Assembly: GCA_016861265.1 (NCBI GenBank)
Contig: BOLA01000001.1
Span: 852,136-916,135, forward strand
Reading direction: 5' to 3'
Source: Patescibacteria group bacterium
GTDB lineage: Bacteria; Patescibacteriota; Dojkabacteria; J137
DNA: 64,000 nucleotides
In this document: positions 9,607 to 19,465 of the stretch, piece by piece
How the letters are laid out: each line of letters opens with the position of its first letter
Position numbering within the stretch: position 1 is the first letter of the stretch
Notes under the pieces: model-generated
What the model was told of the DNA's origin: nothing
The model's database searches: none
The model's input: the letters and a program-made list of their open reading frames with translations, nothing else
Made by a program: the position numbers and the translations under genes

Positions 9607-11280
9607 CTATTTATTCTTTCTCTTAAACTTTTCACTTGCCAGCACAAATTCAAGAAAGAAAGGATGAGGGTTTAACGGACTGGACTTGTACTCTGGATGA
9701 GCCTGTGTTGCAATAAAAAACGGATGCATCTTCTTAGGCAGTTCAATTACTTCTACAAAGAAATCATCAGGACTTGTTCCACTAAATATCATCCCCTTTG
9801 CTTCCAGGTCTTGTCTGAATTCATTATTGAATTCAAATCTATGTCTATGTCTTTCGCTAACTAGTAGGTTTCCATTCCTTTGTTTCTTCCCAATTCCATA
9901 CTTTGAGTAAATACTATGGGCCAGTGTGTCTTTTTTTATTACACAATCGAATGCACCTAACCGCATTGAAGTACCTTCTCCTTTAATTACCTGATATTTT
10001 GGATCGAATGGAATTGAATGTATTATTTTATGTTTTGACTTTGCACTTACCTCTTCTGAGTTTGCATCTGAAAATCCCACAACATTTCTTGCAAATTCTA
10101 CACATGCCAATTGCATTCCAAAACATAACCCTAAGTATGGAACTTTATTCTGTCTTGCATATTCAACAGCCAAAATCTTTCCCTCTACTCCTCGGCTTCC
10201 CCACCCTATTGGAACTATTATTCCATCAACTCCCGATAAATATTTTTCTGCACCTTCTCTTTCTATGTCTTCTGTATTCACAAATTTAAAATCTACCCCT
10301 ATTTCTGTTCCCCAGCTAGCATGTTTTAGAGCATGGGTTAATGAATTGTATGCATCTGGTAATTGATAATCTCCTGTCGCAATATATTTACCTGCAATTG
10401 CAATCATTACCCTATTCTTCCTTTGAGAAGTAACTGTGGAAACTAAAGATTTCCATTTATCAAATTTTAATATTTTTGTTGAGAGCCCTAAGACCTTTAA
10501 TACTTTTTTATCGAATTTCTGTTCTTCAAATTTTATTGGTAACTCATAAATACTTTTTAAGTCTGCATTCATAATTAATCTTTCCTTTGGAATGTTACAT
10601 TGAATTGCAACTTTGTCCTTTCGTAGGGAATCTATTGGAAGATTACTTCTTAATACCAAAAAGTCAGGTTGTATGCCCGACATATTTAAAAATCTTAGTG
10701 ATAACTGTGTGGGTTTTGTTTTTGGTTCACCAAGATGCTCGGGTACAGGAACATATGTAATGTGTACATGAATTACATCTTCAGGCAAATCAAGTTTCAT
10801 CATTCTAGCTGCTTCGTAATTGAATATATTCTGATATTCACCCGCGGTTCCGCCCAGTTCAACTAAACATATATCAAACCCCTCACCTGCAGCTTTAATT
10901 CGGCTAATTATTTCGTTAGGAACAGTTGGTATTGCGTCCACAGTCTTTCCCCCATAACCCATAGACCGTTCTCTATCTATTATTGTTTGATAAACAATTC
11001 CCATTGTCATAAAATTTTTCCTTCCAATTGGAATGTCTAAAAATCTTTCATAGGTTCCTAAATCCATATCGGCTTCTAAACCATCATTACATAGAAAAGT
11101 ATCCCCGTGTTCGATAGGGTTTATTGTTCCCGAATCGACATTTAAATAACTTTCGCATTTTATTGCGGTGACCTTATAACCTCTAGACTTGAGTAAAACA
11201 CCTAGAGAAGCTGATGTGACTCCTTTTCCAAGACCGGAAATTACGCCACCAGAAATAAAAATATATTTTGTGGAAGACAT
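9607..11280 (-). CDS. pyrG: CTP synthase
   Basis: N-terminal KYIFISGGVISGLGKG and the glutaminase domain GLCFGMQ, with a catalytic Cys; 557 aa. Confidence 0.9.
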   Translation of the reverse strand: MSSTKYIFISGGVISGLGKGVTSASLGVLLKSRGYKVTAIKCESYLNVDSGTINPIEHGDTFLCNDGLEADMDLGTYERFLDIPIGRKNFMTMGIVYQTIIDRERSMGYGGKTVDAIPTVPNEIISRIKAAGEGFDICLVELGGTAGEYQNIFNYEAARMMKLDLPEDVIHVHITYVPVPEHLGEPKTKPTQLSLRFLNMSGIQPDFLVLRSNLPIDSLRKDKVAIQCNIPKERLIMNADLKSIYELPIKFEEQKFDKKVLKVLGLSTKILKFDKWKSLVSTVTSQRKNRVMIAIAGKYIATGDYQLPDAYNSLTHALKHASWGTEIGVDFKFVNTEDIEREGAEKYLSGVDGIIVPIGWGSRGVEGKILAVEYARQNKVPYLGLCFGMQLACVEFARNVVGFSDANSEEVSAKSKHKIIHSIPFDPKYQVIKGEGTSMRLGAFDCVIKKDTLAHSIYSKYGIGKKQRNGNLLVSERHRHRFEFNNEFRQDLEAKGMIFSGTSPDDFFVEVIELPKKMHPFFIATQAHPEYKSSPLNPHPFFLEFVLASEKFKRKNK

Positions 11281-11363
11281 AGTGTGTGATTGATAACTAT
11301 GTAACTCAGTTTATGGGAAATTCTCAATTTCGTAAATAGGCAATTTTGTATTAGTAATAAGTA

Positions 11364-12122
11364 CTATTTTTTACTTATTATCCAGAATCTATTCTTTTGA
11401 TTTATATCGGGCTGTACATCAATACTCCAGTGTCCGTCAAATTCTGATGTATCGGTGTGTGTATCGTCTACTTCTAATATTATTACGCCTTTGCTTTTAA
11501 GAAATTTAGGTGCTTGATCTAAAAGTTTACGAATATATTTTAATCCATCCTTTCCTCCGTCTAGTGCACCAATTGGTTCATAATCCTTAACGGAGGAATT
11601 CAGCTGCTTGATTCTAGTACTTGGTATATATGGTAAATTTGCAAAAATTACATCGAATTCTATTTCTGGGTAATCATTCATTAAATCGGACTTTATTAGT
11701 TTTATACACTTGTCCTGCGGCATTAGTGATTCCAAATTATCTCTGGCCATATTTAGAGCTTTAGGTGAAATGTCTGAAAGAATTCCGTAGTAGGTTAAGT
11801 TTCTCTTTGCTAGTTCTATTCCAAAGGAAATACCAATAGCTCCACTTCCAGTTCCAACATCGCAGTAAATAACGCTCCTTTTATGAGCAACATGCTTTAG
11901 TGCAATATCTATTATTTCTTCAGTTTCAATTCTTGGTATAAGTACCGAAGGGTCAACCTCAAAATCTCTTCCTCTAAATTCACTAAAACAGGTTATATAC
12001 TCTATTGGAATATCGGGATTTATTATATCTGCAAGGGTAAATGGATCTAGACCGTGTTTTGTTAGTTGATTTATTTCGTAAGCTGTAAACTGTCTTTTAG
12101 ACATATGTATTGTAAAAATCAA
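11364..12122 (-). CDS. prmC: release factor glutamine N5-methyltransferase (PrmC/HemK family)
   Basis: SAM-binding motif DVGTGSGAIGISF and the NPPY-type motif (NLPYIP). Confidence 0.7.
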   Translation of the reverse strand: MIFTIHMSKRQFTAYEINQLTKHGLDPFTLADIINPDIPIEYITCFSEFRGRDFEVDPSVLIPRIETEEIIDIALKHVAHKRSVIYCDVGTGSGAIGISFGIELAKRNLTYYGILSDISPKALNMARDNLESLMPQDKCIKLIKSDLMNDYPEIEFDVIFANLPYIPSTRIKQLNSSVKDYEPIGALDGGKDGLKYIRKLLDQAPKFLKSKGVIILEVDDTHTDTSEFDGHWSIDVQPDINQKNRFWIISKK

Positions 12123-12181
12123 CTAATTATAAAAAATCCCACTATTAAATAGTAGGATTTTTCGAATATTTAAGCCAGTTA

Positions 12182-12589
12182 TCAATTTTTCTTAAAGAAT
12201 TTTTTCTTCTTTCCTTCGTTTTCACCATCACGCATTTCTTTTAATACGCTTACTACCTTTAGTTTTCTTCCATTTCGTTTTACTTCTTCTTGTGCTTTTT
12301 CTAATAAATCAATTCTAATTAATTCCTTCAATAAATCTAATCTTTCTTTCGAAGTTGAAATTTTTTCTTCTAAAGCTTTAATGCTTTCATCATCTTTAAT
12401 TTTTTCTCTAATCTCCTTAACTCTTTTTGTTAATTTATCAAGTTCCTCGACCTCAGGATTCTGCAATTTAAGATCTTTAAGATCGTTTCTTAAAGTTCTC
12501 ATAATGTCTTTCATTTTAAAATATTCTTCTACTTTATCTAAACCTTCTACAGTTAATAGTTCGTCGTTTGAAATATTTACATCTGCCAT
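12182..12589 (-). CDS. hypothetical coiled-coil, Lys/Glu-rich protein
   Basis: A 135-aa ORF rich in charged heptads. No family was recognised. Confidence 0.35.
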   Translation of the reverse strand: MADVNISNDELLTVEGLDKVEEYFKMKDIMRTLRNDLKDLKLQNPEVEELDKLTKRVKEIREKIKDDESIKALEEKISTSKERLDLLKELIRIDLLEKAQEEVKRNGRKLKVVSVLKEMRDGENEGKKKKFFKKN

Positions 12590-12666
12590 AAAAATTCTAT
12601 AAAAGCTAACGTTTTAAATCTTACACTAAGTCTTTTGTTTTATCTATAAAAACAGCTGATTGCCTT

Positions 12667-13962
12667 ATGTTATTATTTTATATGTTTAATGAAGATGATC
12701 TTCTAAAAGGTGAAAAACCATTCAAAATCGGTGATTACTTATTACCAGGAGTTTTAGATTTAGCAGGGCAGCTAGAATTCTTGCGTACAGTTATGCCTAA
12801 CCCCGACTTAATTTACTATGGAGAATTTCCCCCCGAGTTTGAGTCTCCACTACTACCCTCCTCAATTTTAAATGAATACAGCAATGCTGCAGCAAAGTTT
12901 AGAGTCTTAATGACACTAATGGAAACTGCCGAATCAGAAAACCTATACGATTCAATAAACCAAGCCGTAGATACATATAGATCTATGTACCCTGCAGATT
13001 ATCAGGGCCTTGAAGTTACTTTCCTGGACGGGAGACTTATTGTGAGTATTTATAACCAAGATAACTTGAGTCTTCAGGTAATTATTGAAAAATCCGACAA
13101 ATCATGGCATGTCACTAAGTCTATGATTCATTTTAAACTCTACGAATATAACTTTGAGATTAGGGACAATTTACAAGGTAACGAGGTTGTAATTATTTAT
13201 CCTCAAAACGATAATCTCGGCATTATTCCTCATGTTCGAGATTATTCAGCAATTGCCTCCATAAGAATTCCTAACGACGAAGTAGAATGGTATATAAATA
13301 TTTTTAATGTAATAGAACTCAGAGACGATAAAGATACTGTCTTATATGATTATTTTACTATAGCCCCAGGCAGGAAAAGAGTCATTGATATTCATGAAGG
13401 CAATAATGTATACGAACAAATAATAATTTATCCTAGTGACCACGGCATAAGCATTCAAAAAATAGAAAGGACGAAACAAGTTCTGCCTGATGGGCAAATA
13501 GAAACATTGAGTCGATATTTAAAAGTTGTGGAAGCGGAAATTGATATAAATGCATTAAAAGTACGAGCATTAATTTCTAGAAATCAAAATCTTGAATCTC
13601 GTGTAAGTTTAGTAAAAAAACAAGGTTCTGAACTTCCAAAATCTACAAGAGTAGAATATTTTAAAAGAAAAGGAATTAAATCCTTAGATGTCAGATTTAG
13701 AGATGACATGTCCATTAGCTCAATTCTTGTCGATGAAAAGTTATATTTAGATGGTGAATTTGATTTATTTTTATCTACCGAAGGATATTATATTTTTGTA
13801 CTTGGCGATAACTCAAGGCGAATACCGGTAAGTTTTAGTACTGATTACACAATAGCTGTTCCAGAAGAAAAAATTGGGCCAGTATTTGATGTTGTGGATA
13901 ATAACATGATATTACCATTCTCTAGTGCATCGGGATTGGTAAGAGTAGTCAGTTTGAATTAA
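12667..13962 (+). CDS. hypothetical protein
   Basis: An intact 431-aa ORF with host-like composition. Confidence 0.4.
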   Translation: MLLFYMFNEDDLLKGEKPFKIGDYLLPGVLDLAGQLEFLRTVMPNPDLIYYGEFPPEFESPLLPSSILNEYSNAAAKFRVLMTLMETAESENLYDSINQAVDTYRSMYPADYQGLEVTFLDGRLIVSIYNQDNLSLQVIIEKSDKSWHVTKSMIHFKLYEYNFEIRDNLQGNEVVIIYPQNDNLGIIPHVRDYSAIASIRIPNDEVEWYINIFNVIELRDDKDTVLYDYFTIAPGRKRVIDIHEGNNVYEQIIIYPSDHGISIQKIERTKQVLPDGQIETLSRYLKVVEAEIDINALKVRALISRNQNLESRVSLVKKQGSELPKSTRVEYFKRKGIKSLDVRFRDDMSISSILVDEKLYLDGEFDLFLSTEGYYIFVLGDNSRRIPVSFSTDYTIAVPEEKIGPVFDVVDNNMILPFSSASGLVRVVSLN

Positions 13963-14040
13963 GTGAAATGACCGGTCTTAAGGCAACTCTGTTGCCAGCA
14001 AAGCCGAACCCGGAATAATTAGCGTATTGCCCAGTACTTC
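13963..14040 (-). other. tRNA-Lys 3'-end-like fragment (T-arm and acceptor copy with a 25-nt insertion)
   Basis: The minus strand reads TTCCGGGTTCGG-[CTTTGCTGGCAACAGAGTTGCCTTAAGA]-CCGGTCATTTCAC, against TTCCGGGTTCGAGTCCCGGTCACTTCAC in the intact tRNA-Lys 8 bp away. Confidence 0.4.
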
Positions 14041-14047
14041 ACAAAAG

Positions 14048-14119
14048 TGAAGTGACCGGGACTCGAACCCGGAACCAACTGCTTAAAAGGCAGCTGCTCT
14101 ACCATTGAGCTATCACTCC
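14048..14119 (-). tRNA. tRNA-Lys (anticodon UUU)
   Basis: It has a manually folded cloverleaf: acceptor GGAGTGA/TCACTTC, D-arm GCTC-AATGGTA-GAGC, anticodon arm GCTGC-CTTTTAA-GCAGT and T-arm CCGGG-TTCGAGT-CCCGG. CCA is not encoded. Confidence 0.75.
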
Positions 14120-14474
14120 ATACACTAAGGCTCGTGAATTATATCTAATCCCCAGGCTCTTGTCTACCGAGTTTGAATTCAGATACCAGAAGTAGGTAAT
14201 AACTTTAGCGATTATTACTCAAAATTTCCGTTATTAATACGCCTGCCGATAAGATTTTACAACTTTATGACTTCTTCTGCAAAATTAAAGAAATCGCCCA
14301 AAGCCTTTTAGAGCCTAATCAATCGCAATTGATGCTTTAATGTCTAAAAGTATATATAAGTTTCTGGCCAAATTATCACAAAGCTTAGTCGCTAATTACA
14401 TGAAAATGTAATGATACTAAATTCCCCCTGATCATAGTAATTTAACCTTCGGATAGAAAAGGCAAAATATCCTC

Positions 14475-14840
14475 CTAGCTATCAAAACTACCGGATGATG
14501 CATATATCTCATATTCGCTAGTAGTATCAACTGGGAAATCTAGTATTTTAGTCTTAGATATAATCCTCCCTATGCCTCGTCTGTTTATAACGACTTGTGC
14601 GACATTATCTTTCACTCCTAAAAATTCTCCATTAATTACTTCTGGTAATACGTGAGGAGGTTTATGAATTATTGCAACCTTATACCCTGTCTCTATTTCC
14701 TTAAAACTGGAGTACCTTATAAATCCATCTGATTCAATCTTCTCACGAAGTTGCCTAGTATGGGATTGAATGTGAACCTTGTCATAACCATAACCACTGC
14801 CCAAATCACCACTTTCTAGTCCGTACCAATTGAAGTCCAT
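14475..14840 (-). CDS. small protein ending in a Ser-rich tail (SSGSFDS). It is the last gene of the kinase/nucleotidyltransferase operon and may be an RRE or substrate-like protein.
   Basis: A 121-aa ORF lying 14 nt downstream of the kinase gene on the same strand. Confidence 0.4.
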   Translation of the reverse strand: MDFNWYGLESGDLGSGYGYDKVHIQSHTRQLREKIESDGFIRYSSFKEIETGYKVAIIHKPPHVLPEVINGEFLGVKDNVAQVVINRRGIGRIISKTKILDFPVDTTSEYEIYASSGSFDS

Positions 14841-14853
14841 ATGATTACATTTA

Positions 14854-16014
14854 TTAAAGTAATTTGATTTTTTGTATTAAGTAATTAAAATTCTTTCTGT
14901 AGTCAAAGCCAGATGATACTGAATAACTTTTTGTATTTTTAAATATTTGTATTAGTTCTTTTCTTCTTTCTTCTGTTTTTAAATTGGTCATTTTTGTTAA
15001 ACTCTTGAAAAGCATAACCGTAGGTGCAAGGCTTACTTCTAAAAATCTATCAACAATTTCAGTGAGGCTATTTTTCTTAATTGATATGCCAGACTTATTT
15101 TTATCTAGAGAAACCTTTAAAACATGGGTTATTTGATCGGTTGAAAGATTACCTTTACTTTTGGATAGAGCATCAAAATATATCGACATTTGTTCTTTCT
15201 TCCCAAGTTCGAATAGTTCTTTTTTCTTCATATGTGCCATATCTAAAAAAGCATTATTGATAATGCCAGCGTTAACAAAGAAATCTTTAAATTCTAAGTA
15301 TGTACCGACTCTGATATTGAAATAGTTTCTTATATTATAATTAAGTATCGCCCCATATCTCGTAACATATGTTGTTTCCTCTGTAATGATTTGCCAGCCA
15401 CTTGCTAAAAACAACAAAGCAAAAGTTGTTTTCCCACCTAAAGATGAATTACTGAGAAGAATATTGTTTTTCCCATCACTTACTAACCCACCATGCACTG
15501 CGTATAAGTCACCGTATAATAAGTACGGTGTAAGCAATAAAATATTAATCATAGTCAATGCTTTTTTCTCATTTTTAACTGCCATTAAGCATTCGCTAGA
15601 TTCCGTATTATAAATATAATAAAAATGATCGTAGCATTTGATAATGTAAAATTTATTATCAACTGTGCATTTTGAGCCAGAGGTATTGTGTGTTGCTAAG
15701 TTAAATTTCTTTACTCTCGGATTAGTAGACCATTCCGCGTGTAGAAATATCAACTCAATCTTTTGGAAAATATCTTCGTTTTCTAAGATAAAAGCTTTGA
15801 TGTTATTACGATTATTTTTCTGTGAAGTGCTTAATAGTGTATTGAAAGAATGACTAAATTCTATTAAGTGATCAGAACATAAGTCATAATTACAAGTTAT
15901 AGTTGTTATTAGATTATCACTAATCAAACTATGTACAGTATGGCTTGATTCATTTGTTATAGCTTTTAAACTATCAATAAAAATTTCGTTTACTTTTGCG
16001 GTTAAATCATTCAT
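14854..16014 (-). CDS. HPr-kinase-C-terminal-domain-like P-loop serine kinase
   Basis: YAVHGGLVSDGKNNILLSNSSLGGKTTFALLFLASGWQIITEETTYV matches the HprK_C pattern (HG.lv...G.llLitG.SG.GKSt.AL.L...G..lvaDD). Confidence 0.55.
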   Translation of the reverse strand: MNDLTAKVNEIFIDSLKAITNESSHTVHSLISDNLITTITCNYDLCSDHLIEFSHSFNTLLSTSQKNNRNNIKAFILENEDIFQKIELIFLHAEWSTNPRVKKFNLATHNTSGSKCTVDNKFYIIKCYDHFYYIYNTESSECLMAVKNEKKALTMINILLLTPYLLYGDLYAVHGGLVSDGKNNILLSNSSLGGKTTFALLFLASGWQIITEETTYVTRYGAILNYNIRNYFNIRVGTYLEFKDFFVNAGIINNAFLDMAHMKKKELFELGKKEQMSIYFDALSKSKGNLSTDQITHVLKVSLDKNKSGISIKKNSLTEIVDRFLEVSLAPTVMLFKSLTKMTNLKTEERRKELIQIFKNTKSYSVSSGFDYRKNFNYLIQKIKLL

Positions 16015-16028
16015 AGAAAATCCAGTGT

Positions 16029-17051
16029 TTACTTATAATTTTTTATAATATCGTATGAAAATAGTCTATCTATCAAACTTCCAGTATCTTCCATCTTTTT
16101 TTCAGGCTTATACTGGTCAAAAATTACTGTCATAATATTATCGCTTATATAACTATATTTCTGATAAAGTAAATTAACATTGTTTAATGACAGTATCTCT
16201 GGAAAAATCTCAGCGGTATAATTTAGTGTAAAAAACACATGTTTATCAAAACCGTACTTTAGAGAGTCTTCGAATATTTGGTCGATGTTAATTTGTTCGA
16301 AATATTTTTGGATAAAAGTATATATATCAACAAATTTATATAAATCCAATACCTTTCTTTTTTTTACAAGGTCTAATAAGGCTGAATCTTTGTAAAGGTG
16401 GCTACACAGATGGATAAATAGGTGTTCTTCTTTTAACGAATAGATTGAAAAGTTGTCATCACTAGAAATGAGAACTCGTTCCTCCAAAAAATAATCTACC
16501 ACTCCATTAGAGGTGTTTGGCGTCCAGTCTAAAGAAAAATTAACATCGATATCAATAGTTTTAATAGTTATTTCATTAAGTATTTTAACAAAAGGAGCCA
16601 TTTCACCTCTAGTATTTATAGATTGCGTAAGTGTGTGTTGGTCAAATTCGTTAACAATATCTTTACTATAATCATACTTGCCTTGCAAAAAACCTAAATC
16701 ATACAAAATCCCTTTTACTTTTTGAATTGATTTTTTTGATACTAATATATCTATATCATTAAAAGCTCTAGTACCTGAGGGGTAAATAGTACTTGATAAG
16801 ACTGATCCTTTTAAGAATGTATGTTTTACATTTGCTTCCGATAACTTTGAAGAAATGCTTTTAATATATTCTTTTTGTAAATCTGTTCTTATGCTTTGTG
16901 CCTGATGGATCATATAAATTGTGAAAAAAACAGGAAAATCTAGTTTTCTTACATCGATGGAGTTTACAACTTGATATGCAAGGCCAGCAACTCGGTGGTA
17001 GCATAAGTATCCTAAAACTTCGATCCAATTTAAAGTTTTATCACTCAGCAC
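16029..17051 (-). CDS. uncharacterised nucleotidyltransferase (PF14907-like, MNT/pol-beta superfamily)
   Basis: GSVLSSTIYPSGTRAFNDIDILV is a G-S...DxD nucleotidyltransferase motif. The ORF is about 340 aa, typical for this family, and appears to start with GTG. Confidence 0.5.
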   Translation of the reverse strand: MLSDKTLNWIEVLGYLCYHRVAGLAYQVVNSIDVRKLDFPVFFTIYMIHQAQSIRTDLQKEYIKSISSKLSEANVKHTFLKGSVLSSTIYPSGTRAFNDIDILVSKKSIQKVKGILYDLGFLQGKYDYSKDIVNEFDQHTLTQSINTRGEMAPFVKILNEITIKTIDIDVNFSLDWTPNTSNGVVDYFLEERVLISSDDNFSIYSLKEEHLFIHLCSHLYKDSALLDLVKKRKVLDLYKFVDIYTFIQKYFEQINIDQIFEDSLKYGFDKHVFFTLNYTAEIFPEILSLNNVNLLYQKYSYISDNIMTVIFDQYKPEKKMEDTGSLIDRLFSYDIIKNYK

Positions 17052-17208
17052 TTCAATAAGTCTTTCATTTTTTTTATTGCCTAATTTTACTATCTCTAGT
17101 ACAGCATTATGTTCTTTTTTTATAGTGGTTTCTTTATTAAATATATAACAGGAATGATAATATGAAGACGAGGTAAAGTCAAATCTGTCCAGTAAATCAG
17201 TTGATTAG

Positions 17209-18144
17209 ATGCAATTAGTATGGTATAAATCTTTTTTAGAATTAAAAAGTTTTATGAATATGCTTGATAACAAATATCATTCTTCAAAAATCTGTTTAGG
17301 AACATGGCGAATGGGAGGAGACGTTAAGCCAAATCCTAATAATGATGATGAAAAAGACATTGATGCCATTAAATATGCAATCAGTAAAGGTATTTCACAT
17401 ATAGATACCTCAGAAAGCTATGCAGATGGCAAATCTGAGTTGCTCGTTGGAGAAGCAATAAAAAAGATATCTAGGGACAAATATTTTTTAGCTACTAAAG
17501 TTCGTGAATATAATCTTTCTTATGACAGTGTTATTAGCTCCTGTGAAAAATCTCTACAAAGACTTAATGTTCCAAGCATTGACTTATATTACATCCATAA
17601 ACAAAATCCACTCATTCCCATTGAAGAAACAACTAGAGCCTTAAATAAGCTCATTGATACTGGACTTATTAAACATATAGGGCTGAGTAATGTCGGAATT
17701 GCTACGATAAAAAAATATTCTCAACTACTAAACAGTCCAATTTATGCAGTTCAAAATCAATATAATCTCGTTTGTCGTGAGTCTCAAAGAAAAGGTGTTA
17801 CAGATTATTGTAAACTAAGTGGAATTCAATTCATTGCGTGGAGACCTATTCTACTTTCATATCCGGGAGTTGTAGATCCCTATTATCATACTGGCACGTA
17901 CAGATTATTGGATGAAATGGCTAAAAAATATAACAAAACAAATACACAAATTGTGGCCAAGTGGCTTGTACAACAAGATGGAGTTTCTATTGTTTTTAAA
18001 AGTTCTAACAAAGAACATATTGATGAAATTTTAGATATTGAAAATTTTAAGCTTTCCGATAGTGATTGGGAAATATTAGATAAAGATTTTCCAGTGCAAA
18101 AAGATTTAGGGTGTACTGCTGACGTTTATTTTGAGTTATCGTAA
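17209..18144 (+). CDS. aldo/keto reductase family oxidoreductase
   Basis: It carries GTWRMGG, IDTSESYADGKSE and LLDEMAKKY, consistent with an AKR (alpha/beta)8 barrel. The true start is probably the internal ATG near 17254 (MNMLDNK). Confidence 0.7.
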   Translation: MQLVWYKSFLELKSFMNMLDNKYHSSKICLGTWRMGGDVKPNPNNDDEKDIDAIKYAISKGISHIDTSESYADGKSELLVGEAIKKISRDKYFLATKVREYNLSYDSVISSCEKSLQRLNVPSIDLYYIHKQNPLIPIEETTRALNKLIDTGLIKHIGLSNVGIATIKKYSQLLNSPIYAVQNQYNLVCRESQRKGVTDYCKLSGIQFIAWRPILLSYPGVVDPYYHTGTYRLLDEMAKKYNKTNTQIVAKWLVQQDGVSIVFKSSNKEHIDEILDIENFKLSDSDWEILDKDFPVQKDLGCTADVYFELS

Positions 18145-18224
18145 CAAATCGTTATCCTTATATCGCAATTTAGTTTGCTTAATGAGATAATACAATTTAT
18201 TTTACCAAGTCTAGAAAATGATCC

Positions 18225-19373
18225 ATGGTTAATATTATACAAAGAGATACAAAAATCAAAGAACCATATGAATCCCTTTACAAATTGAATATTGGCCTAT
18301 CTATTGACGAGTTTGAAGCAGAAGAGGCAATGTTGGAGATTTTGAAGGAAGAAAATTTACAAAAAAGAGTAAGTCTTTTAACAATGTTACTAAATGGGGT
18401 TATGATTAAGGGACCTTCTGTTTCTGAAGTAAAAGGATTAATAAACGCCTCATTATCGTTGGATGGTATATTAAAAACACCAAGACCAAAAATTATTTTG
18501 CCAAATAAAGAACTCTTAGTTGGTGTAGCGTCAAGTGGTAAAAAGGGGTTTAAAACAATAAATATTACTACACCTGCTAGTTTTGTTGCGGCTGCTTGTG
18601 GTGCATTTACTGCAAAGGCATGTTCACATTCAACGTCTTCCAAAACAGGTTCCTCTGATCTTTTAGAAATAATTGGTATCAATATAAATATCCCTTTCAA
18701 AGAAAAAGTCACAATATTACAAGAAAAGAGAATTGCTTTTTTTTCAATTGAAGACACAACTCCAAATTTTGCTAAAGTTTATGAAGGCGTATTTTATGCT
18801 CCGCACGCCATGAGTTTTGCCCTAGCTGGACTTAGCTTTCCGGTCAAAATTGATGCTCTTGTATATGGTTTGTCACATCCCAATGTTAAATTGTCGTTAG
18901 AGGTGTATAAAGAATATGGTTTTAAAAATGTTTTAGTCTACTCATCTAGTGAAGACGGTGTACATTATTTAGATGAATTACCAATCTCTGGTTACGCTAA
19001 TATCATAGGTATGAAAAATGGCAAGGTTGTCCGGAAAATATCAGCTAATATAAAAGATACATTTCCTTTCAATCCAAGTAATAGTTTAAAAGAATTAGCC
19101 GAAAAGGAAACGAAAATTGATAATGTCAAGGCTTCTCTAAGAGTACTAAATGGTATAGGCTTAGAAAGCCATACTGATGCTATATGCATTAACGCAGCAC
19201 CTATTATTCTTTTAGCGGGAAAGGTTAAGTCGTTAAAAGAAGGATATTTATTGGCAAAGAAAAATATTCAGGAAGGAAAAGTATTTAAATTGTTTTTAGA
19301 AGTGGTTGAATTGTATGGGGGAGATTTAAATCAAATAACGAATCTATTATCAGAATCTGATCCTTTAATTTGA
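18225..19373 (+). CDS. TrpD-fold protein (anthranilate phosphoribosyltransferase / glycosyltransferase family 3-like) with degenerate catalytic motifs. It is possibly YbiB-like.
   Basis: TINITTPASFVAAACGAFTAKACSHSTSSKTGSSDLLE aligns with TrpD [38 protein letters not shown]. GTGGD is replaced by ASSGKKG and KHGN by KACSHS. Confidence 0.5.
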   Translation: MVNIIQRDTKIKEPYESLYKLNIGLSIDEFEAEEAMLEILKEENLQKRVSLLTMLLNGVMIKGPSVSEVKGLINASLSLDGILKTPRPKIILPNKELLVGVASSGKKGFKTINITTPASFVAAACGAFTAKACSHSTSSKTGSSDLLEIIGININIPFKEKVTILQEKRIAFFSIEDTTPNFAKVYEGVFYAPHAMSFALAGLSFPVKIDALVYGLSHPNVKLSLEVYKEYGFKNVLVYSSSEDGVHYLDELPISGYANIIGMKNGKVVRKISANIKDTFPFNPSNSLKELAEKETKIDNVKASLRVLNGIGLESHTDAICINAAPIILLAGKVKSLKEGYLLAKKNIQEGKVFKLFLEVVELYGGDLNQITNLLSESDPLI

Positions 19374-19465
19374 AAGCAAGGTATCAGATATTTAAAAAGA
19401 ATTATGCTCTATATGCCTGTCTGTGCTATAATCCATTAATATTTATGTTTGTTAGATTATAAAAT

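Noticed and set aside
14120-14475. Searched the gap between tRNA-Lys and the kinase operon for a RiPP precursor ORF
   Set aside because: Only very short ORFs of at most 16 aa without SD were found, so there is no convincing precursor peptide.
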